Shown: positions 58,669-64,000 of the stretch, in pieces
Numbering within the stretch: position 1 is the first letter of the stretch
How the letters are laid out: the number at the start of each line of letters is the position of its first letter
From: Chthoniobacteraceae bacterium
GTDB lineage: Bacteria > Verrucomicrobiota > Verrucomicrobiia > Chthoniobacterales > Chthoniobacteraceae
Assembly: GCA_040081625.1 (NCBI GenBank)
Contig: JBEBGD010000003.1
Location: 17,865-81,864 of the forward strand
Direction: 5' to 3'
Length of the DNA: 64,000 bases
The notes under the pieces: model-generated
Seen by the model: the letters and a program-made list of their open reading frames with translations, nothing else
What the model was told of the DNA's origin: nothing
Databases searched by the model: none
Program-made: the position numbers and the translations under genes

Positions 58669-59973
58669 ATGAAAGTCGCTGATCTGCGCGGGATTTTACA
58701 ATACGTGCCCCGGTTCCGGGACCGCATCTTCGTGGTCGCGGTGGACGGCGAGATCGCCGCGTCGCCGAACTTCGCGAACATCCTGCTCGATCTCGCGGTG
58801 CTGCGTTCGCTGAACATCAAGGTCGTGCTGATCCACGGCGCGGGCCACCAGATCGAGCAACTCGCGGCGGAGCGCGGGGCGGCGATCACCAGCGCGGACG
58901 GCACCGGCATCATCGACGACGCGACGCTCAAGCTCAGCCTCGAGGCGGCGACCAATGTGATGAACGAGATCATGCAGGGGCTCACCTCGGTGGACCTGCG
59001 CGCGGCTTACGCGAACGTGATCATCTCGCACCCGGCGGGCATTCTCGGCGGCGTGGATTTCCAGCATCTCGGCCGGGTCGAGCGCATCGACACGCAGGCG
59101 CTCGAGCTTTTTCTCAACCAGGGGATCATCCCGCTCATCCCTCCGATCGGCTTCGACGGGGAGGGCCGCACCTTTCGCGTGAACAGCGACGCGGTGGCCG
59201 TCGAGGTGGCCGAGGCGCTGCGCGCGATGAAGGTCATTTTCCTCACCGGCGGCGACGGGCTCGTCGTGGGCGGCGAGATCGTGCGGCAGCTTTCGATGGC
59301 TGAGGCCGAGGACTTCGCGAAAAAGAAGCGCGCCCTGGTTGCGCCGAGATTGCTCTCGAAGCTCGAACACGCCGCGCGCGCATGCCGGCAGGGGATTCCG
59401 CGCGTGCATCTGCTCAATGGCAACGTCAACGAGGCGCTGCTGGCCGAGGTGTTCAGCCCGGACGGCATCGGCACGATGATTTACTCGAACGAGTATCAGC
59501 AGATCCGGCGCATGTTTAAAAAGGATGTGCGCGCGGTGATGACGCTGATCCGCGAGAGCATCGCGAATGAAGAACTCGCGAGCCGCACGCGCACGGACAT
59601 CCTCGCGCAGCTCGAGGATTACTGGGTGCTCGAGATCGATCGAAACATCGTCGCGTGCGCAGCGATCCACCTTTATCCCGCGCAGAAAAAAGCCGAGCTC
59701 GCGTGCCTTTACGTCGCCAAGGCGGCGGAGGGGCAGGGCTATGGGCGCAAGCTGATGGCCTTCACCGAGCAGCTCGCGGCGGAGAAGGGGATGCGGCACA
59801 TCTTCGCGCTGAGCACGCAGGCGTTTAATTACTTCCAGCAAAAGGGCGGCTACGCGGAGGTCACGCCCGAAGAGCTGCCGCCCGAGCGGCGCAAGAAATA
59901 CGACGCGAGCGGCCGCAACTCGAAGGTGCTGCAAAAGGCGACCGTGCTGGCGGTGAGCGCGCCGGGAACGTAG
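58669..59973 (+). CDS. argA: N-acetylglutamate synthase-like protein (amino-acid-kinase domain + GNAT domain)
   Basis: AAK-like FVVAVDGEI...VVLIHGAGHQI...NSDAVAVEVA, followed by GNAT LYVAKAAEGQGYGRKLM. ATG 58669 is preferred. Confidence 0.75.
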   Translation: MKVADLRGILQYVPRFRDRIFVVAVDGEIAASPNFANILLDLAVLRSLNIKVVLIHGAGHQIEQLAAERGAAITSADGTGIIDDATLKLSLEAATNVMNEIMQGLTSVDLRAAYANVIISHPAGILGGVDFQHLGRVERIDTQALELFLNQGIIPLIPPIGFDGEGRTFRVNSDAVAVEVAEALRAMKVIFLTGGDGLVVGGEIVRQLSMAEAEDFAKKKRALVAPRLLSKLEHAARACRQGIPRVHLLNGNVNEALLAEVFSPDGIGTMIYSNEYQQIRRMFKKDVRAVMTLIRESIANEELASRTRTDILAQLEDYWVLEIDRNIVACAAIHLYPAQKKAELACLYVAKAAEGQGYGRKLMAFTEQLAAEKGMRHIFALSTQAFNYFQQKGGYAEVTPEELPPERRKKYDASGRNSKVLQKATVLAVSAPGT

Positions 59974-60094
59974 GTCCGGCGATCGGGAAAGGTGCCGGGA
60001 GTGTATGGGTGGAAGTTCCCTTGCGCATTGGCGCGGCACTCGCTGAATGACGACGCGACGATGGAGGATTTGTCTCCGTCGCCCCTCCCAAGTC

Positions 60095-60418
60095 ATGCCC
60101 GAACTTCTATCCTCCAGCTCCGAAATCGACGAAGCGTGCCCCGAGCTCGCCGAGTGGATGCGCGCGACCCTTGGCGTCGCGGGTTCGACGGGCGGCGAGA
60201 TTGCCGCGGAGTTTTGCAAGTGGGCTCGCGAACGATTTGCGCTCGACCTGCGCACGAATTGGAACCCGAGCGCCTGCGCGTTCGATGCGCGCTGGCAGGA
60301 CGGTGGACGCACCGCCGAGGGGATCGAGCGTCCGTTTTCCGCCGAGACCGACGAGGAAGCGCGCCTGCGGGCGTGCGAGGGCCTGCTGCGGCTGATCAAA
60401 GCGCTGGCCGGGCCGTAG
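60095..60418 (+). CDS. Hypothetical protein (107 aa)
   Basis: ORF with G/C-rich third positions. I recognise no family motif. Confidence 0.4.
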   Translation: MPELLSSSSEIDEACPELAEWMRATLGVAGSTGGEIAAEFCKWARERFALDLRTNWNPSACAFDARWQDGGRTAEGIERPFSAETDEEARLRACEGLLRLIKALAGP

Positions 60419-60427
60419 CCGCGAGCG

Positions 60428-61663
60428 TTACCGGAGCATGATCGTCGCGAGGCCGAGGAAGGTGCCCATGCTCGCGACGTCGGTCGCAGTCGTCACGAAA
60501 ATGCCCGACGCGGTGGCGGGATCGGCGCCGAGGCGCTTCATGGCGAGCGGGACGAGCGCGCCGGCCACGCCGCTGATGACGCAGCTTCCCATCATGGCCA
60601 CGAGCGTGATCGCGCCGAGCATCCACGGGCTCGCATCGCCGCTGGGCTTCCACATCGTGTAGCCGACCATGCCGAGGCCCGAGGTAAGGCCCACGAGCGT
60701 GCCATTGCACAGGCCCAGCCATGCTTCCTTGAGCACGAGCGGCGTCACAGATCCGCGCAGTTCGCCGAGAGTGATGCCGCGCAGCATCACGGCGAGCGCC
60801 TGGCAGCCGGTGTTGCCGCTCTGGCCGGCGAGCACGGGCTGAAAGACGGCGAGCGCGACGAACCGCGCGACCGTGTCCTCGAAGTATCCTACCACGGCGG
60901 CCGCGCAGAACGCGGTGATGAGATTGAGCTGCAACCACGGATGGCGGAACCGCAGGCTGCGCGACCAGTGTGTGTAGAGCCGCTCCTCTTTCTCGACACC
61001 GACCATCGAGCCCGCTTGCGAACTCAACTCGAACGCCTGCGCCTCGAAGAGCATCTGCCCGCGCACCACACCGATGAGGCGGTGCTCGGCATCGACGACG
61101 GGATAGACCGGGAAATGGCGCATGAGCGTGGCCTTCATCGCCTCGACGAGATCCTGCTCGGCCCGCAGCACGAAGGGCTCGCGGATCATGATCTCGCTCA
61201 GCGGTTGGTCCGGCCGGCCGAGCAGCATCTCGCGCATCGCGACGACGCCGCAAAGCCTCTCGGATTCTTCGGCGACAAAGACGTAGGTGATGAATGCGCG
61301 TGCTGTCAGCAGGTGCAGGCGCTGGACGGCTTGCGCGATGGTCGTCTGAGGCTCGAAGACCGCCAGAGCCGGTTCCATCAGCCGCCCGACGGTGTGATCG
61401 GCGAAGGTCTCGTTGTGCGTCCACTGGCGGCGATCCTCGGTCGAGGCCGTGGCGAGGAGCAATTCGCGGCGCTCGCGGGGCAGCGCGGCCAGCAGGTCCT
61501 GCCGCAAGGCGGGATTGAGCAGTGCGACGACTTCCTCGACGGATTGAATCGGAATGTCCGCGAGCAACGCCGCTGCTTCGGGCGCACTGCGAGTCATGAC
61601 CTCGCCAAACAACTTGTGGACCTGCTCATCGCGCGATGGATCGCGTGTGGGATCGGAATTCAT
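60428..61663 (-). CDS. mgtE: Magnesium transporter MgtE
   Basis: N-domain, tandem CBS segments (CGVVAMREMLL..., LIGVVRGQMLFE) and a TM domain with PVLAGQSGNTGCQA and GADPATASGIFVTTATDV. Confidence 0.9.
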   Translation of the reverse strand: MNSDPTRDPSRDEQVHKLFGEVMTRSAPEAAALLADIPIQSVEEVVALLNPALRQDLLAALPRERRELLLATASTEDRRQWTHNETFADHTVGRLMEPALAVFEPQTTIAQAVQRLHLLTARAFITYVFVAEESERLCGVVAMREMLLGRPDQPLSEIMIREPFVLRAEQDLVEAMKATLMRHFPVYPVVDAEHRLIGVVRGQMLFEAQAFELSSQAGSMVGVEKEERLYTHWSRSLRFRHPWLQLNLITAFCAAAVVGYFEDTVARFVALAVFQPVLAGQSGNTGCQALAVMLRGITLGELRGSVTPLVLKEAWLGLCNGTLVGLTSGLGMVGYTMWKPSGDASPWMLGAITLVAMMGSCVISGVAGALVPLAMKRLGADPATASGIFVTTATDVASMGTFLGLATIMLR

Positions 61664-61723
61664 GCCGTTGCTTCTATCCCTGGCAGCGCCGCCGCCAAGC
61701 TCGGAAGACGTGTCCCCGCCGCT

Positions 61724-61945
61724 TTATGGCGCGGTCTGCTCGATCTCGATCAAGTCCGCGATGCGCAGCGTCTCACCGCGCGCGGCGGGATGGGGCAGGT
61801 CCGGACCTGCGACGAACCGGCAGATGCGGCGAAGGTTTTCGCGCGACTCACCGGAGCGCAGCGCGATCGTGACGCGGGATCCGCAGCCAGGAAGTTCGGC
61901 AACGATTTCCACGTCGGCGAGGGCCGTGACTCTAAACCGTTGCAT
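61724..61945 (-). CDS. Hypothetical small protein (73 aa)
   Basis: MQRFRVTALADVEIVAELPGCGSRVTIALRSGE... Third-position GC is high. The ATG lies inside the stop region of the upstream small ORF (atgcaacggtttag). No family is recognised. Confidence 0.35.
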   Translation of the reverse strand: MQRFRVTALADVEIVAELPGCGSRVTIALRSGESRENLRRICRFVAGPDLPHPAARGETLRIADLIEIEQTAP

Positions 61946-62135
61946 CGTGTGAGGTGGTTTCGCTGGCGCGTGTTTCCAGCGGGTGATCCGCCCCGAGCTC
62001 ATCGCCGCACGGGCTGGCGGAGCGCTGTCGGGTGTCGCCGCCGACGAGCGAATCGCCGGCTTCCTTTAGCGCGGCGAGGCTCTCGCGCAGACTTTCGATG
62101 TCTGCGAGGAGCGATGTGCGGTTGTATGGATTCAT
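61932..62135 (-). CDS. Hypothetical small protein (67 aa)
   Basis: MNPYNRTSLLADIESLRESLAALKEAGDSLVGG... has a helical N-terminal half and a low-complexity C-terminal half. It overlaps the next small ORF by 14 nt. Confidence 0.3.
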   Translation of the reverse strand: MNPYNRTSLLADIESLRESLAALKEAGDSLVGGDTRQRSASPCGDELGADHPLETRASETTSHDATV

Positions 62136-62277
62136 GCGGTCGTAATCCAGCAGTGGCCGCGCCTGTGGTCGTCAGGTTGTTCCGGCATTCGAGCGGTGGC
62201 GACTACTGAGAACCGGGCGCGATCCGTCCCGCGGTGCGCGCCGGTGGCATCGCTCTGCAATGCTGTGGCAGGGCCGA

Positions 62278-62934
62278 TCAGGCGGTGACGAAGTTGTTGC
62301 GGATCGCATACCGCACGAGCGCGGCGAAGCTCTCCAGCCGGAGCTTCTTCATGATGGATGCGCGATGGGTCTCCGCGGTCTTGACGCTTACGCCGAGGAT
62401 GTCCGCGACTGCCTTGTTGCTCTTCCCCTCGGCGAGCAATTGCACGATCTCGCGTTCGCGAGGCGTGAGCCGGACGGCTTGCGTGTCGGTTGAGACGTTT
62501 TTCTCACCGTGGAGAAATTTTGCGAAAAGCACCTCGCCCACTTCACTCGTGAAGTAGGGCTTGTGCGCGGCCAGCGAGTGCAGCGCCGCCTCGATGTTCT
62601 CCTTGCTCTCGGTCTTCATGAGGAAACTGCGCGCGCCAGCCTCGAACATCTGGTGGATCAGCGCTTCCTCGGCGAAGCCGGTGAAGACGAGCACCTCGGT
62701 CTCGGGTGCCATCTTCTTGATCATGTGCGTGGCTTCGAGGCCGTTGAGTTCGGGCATCATCATGTCCATCACGACGATGGACGGGCGCAGTCGCCCGGCC
62801 ATCTCGACGGCTTCGCGTCCTGTGCTGGCTTCGCCGCAGATTTCCCAGCCTTCCATGGCTTCGACCACGCTGCGGAGGCCGCGGCGGGTCATTTGAAAAT
62901 CGTCTGCGAGTAATACGGTAGTTGGTGTGGTCAT
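62278..62934 (-). CDS. NarL/FixJ-family (LuxR-type HTH) response regulator
   Basis: Receiver VLLADDFQMTRRGL...IVVMDMMMPELNG...VLVFTG and HTH LTPREREIVQLLAEGKSNKAVADILGVSVKTAETHRASIMKKL. No histidine kinase gene is adjacent in the window. Confidence 0.9.
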   Translation of the reverse strand: MTTPTTVLLADDFQMTRRGLRSVVEAMEGWEICGEASTGREAVEMAGRLRPSIVVMDMMMPELNGLEATHMIKKMAPETEVLVFTGFAEEALIHQMFEAGARSFLMKTESKENIEAALHSLAAHKPYFTSEVGEVLFAKFLHGEKNVSTDTQAVRLTPREREIVQLLAEGKSNKAVADILGVSVKTAETHRASIMKKLRLESFAALVRYAIRNNFVTA

Positions 62935-63257
62935 GTTCGGTTGTTGGGTTGTTCCGTTCCTCTGGGATGGGCCTTCGTGAGCTTTTTAGCACCTCACGTG
63001 CCTTATAGTGGCTAGAAGCCCATCGCTTTGGGTGAGCGGGCGCATTGCGCGGCGATTCCCTCCCCGGTCACCGCACTTTCCCTGAGCGCATCTGCGGAGT
63101 CTTCCCCGACCGATTCTTCGGAGTCCCGGAGGGCCAAGTTACGGGGTCGCGCGGTGGCACGGGGGCTCAGGGGTGGCTCTACGACGGGCATCGCAATTCC
63201 GCCGGTGCCCATGGTCGGCGGAGAGCATCAAACCAACACCAACAACAACACACGACA

Positions 63258-64000
63258 ATGAAACTGATCCACCACATCACCCGCAAAAACAATCGCCCCG
63301 GCTCGCTCCTGCGCTCCGGCAAATCAACCTCCAACTTCTCCTCGCGTCTCGCCCGCATCATCGCCGGCGTCGCGCTCGGGCTCGCCTGGCCGACCTCAAA
63401 CGTCTTCGCCGACCAGCCCTTCAGCCAGGACTTCCCGTCCGCGCTGAGCTTCACCGACTGCTACATGGAAAAGGTGCAGACCATCGTCTCGGGCGACTCG
63501 ATCTACCACGAAGTCGCGCCCGACGCGAAGCACTGCAAGCTGCGCATCTCCGCGAAGCTCTCGACGGCAGGCATGAATCTCGCCGCCCTCGATGAAAGCA
63601 CCCCGATCGAAGTGAGCGTCGGCAACTTCTCTTACTCCGGCGTCCTCGGCGACGATCCGAACTACGCGCCCGGCGCGACCAGCATCCGCATCCCCTTGAT
63701 GAGCTTCGATGACGAAGGCAACGAAATCGAGAGCGGCTGCGTCGAGGCCAAGTGGGTCAAAGGCGCGCTGACGGTGGTCGCCACCGGCATGCTCTCCGCC
63801 GGCTACTCCATCGATGCGACGAACTTCGCCGGCAGCGAGTGGACCATCGACGATCCGACCCGCGTCGCAGGCCGCGTGAAATTCGCGGACCGCGTGCTCG
63901 AGGACCGCACCATCTACGCCAAAGGCGAAGCTGAGGTCATCACCCGCACGCTGGTTGAAGGCGACGACACGGTCACCTTGAACCTCTCCCAAGTCGAAAT
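63258..64000 (+). CDS. Secreted hypothetical protein, 3'-truncated by the window edge
   Basis: ATG 63258. MKLIHHITRKNNRPGSLLRSGKSTSNFSSRLARIIAGVALGLAWPTSNVFA is a long n-region signal peptide. The frame stays open to the window end with strongly G/C-biased third positions. It is absent from the ORF track because no stop lies in the window. Confidence 0.6.
   Translation, partial: MKLIHHITRKNNRPGSLLRSGKSTSNFSSRLARIIAGVALGLAWPTSNVFADQPFSQDFPSALSFTDCYMEKVQTIVSGDSIYHEVAPDAKHCKLRISAKLSTAGMNLAALDESTPIEVSVGNFSYSGVLGDDPNYAPGATSIRIPLMSFDDEGNEIESGCVEAKWVKGALTVVATGMLSAGYSIDATNFAGSEWTIDDPTRVAGRVKFADRVLEDRTIYAKGEAEVITRTLVEGDDTVTLNLSQVE

Noticed and set aside
61664-61950. M-box (Mg2+) riboswitch upstream of mgtE
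   Set aside because: Reading the minus strand I found no GUUAGGUGAGGCUCC-like core or other conserved M-box segments. This needs confirming with Infernal.
63396-63992. 198-aa minus-strand ORF at the window end
   Set aside because: It is the shadow of the plus-strand secreted-protein ORF starting at 63258, which has a signal peptide and strong third-position GC bias. The minus-strand translation is Gly/Ala/Asp/Arg low-complexity.

Overview
This is a GC-rich bacterial chromosomal segment with a strong G/C preference at third codon positions. Gene content (sulfatases, giant Calx-beta proteins, few Shine-Dalgarno-like leaders) suggests Verrucomicrobiota/Opitutales-like, but that is inference only. 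All calls rest on reading the supplied translations and DNA by eye and on remembered family motifs; no database or HMM search was run.

I call about 47 protein-coding genes, one chimeric gene remnant and one tRNA-Pro(GGG). Most of the window is housekeeping:
- GT4 glycogen-synthase-like gene, obg, and a dnaG-rpoD pair
- zwf-opcA, monomeric icd, tkt, and deoA-deoB
- argC-argJ-argB plus an argA-like gene, and mgtE
- arsC, an SMP-30 lactonase, a GDH-like dehydrogenase and a cyclase-family hydrolase

The accessory part is dominated by two tandem giant paralogous genes on the minus strand (27166-33846, 2226 aa; 33995-43543, 3182 aa), about a quarter of the window. Each encodes:
- an N-terminal membrane anchor, a conserved pre-domain with a Cys motif, and an intact HExxHxxGxxH metzincin site
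- PKD and carboxypeptidase-regulatory-like domains and 8-9 Calx-beta domains
- concanavalin-A-like lectin modules and a shared about 130-aa C-terminal module ending RFMRAKVSQ

In the larger paralog two Calx-beta domains appear split by nested insertions, one a seven-blade propeller-like repeat and one a block of lectin modules. A two-gene sulfatase operon plus a chimeric sulfatase remnant lies divergently next to the giant genes.

Other notable items:
- an in-frame LMW-PTP / RpiB / GlyA triple fusion
- RpoD with a roughly 127-aa histone-H1-like Lys/Ala/Pro tail
- an orphan GAF-GAF-TM-HlyD protein
- a ccdAB-like toxin-antitoxin pair with a GTGA overlap
- two C/A-rich, G-poor leaders in front of secreted-protein genes
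- a 62-aa His-rich mini-protein with a PEP-CTERM-like tail

No CRISPR array, rRNA, transposase, integrase or prophage signal was seen. The many long antisense ORFs in the track are GC-rich shadow frames and were rejected.
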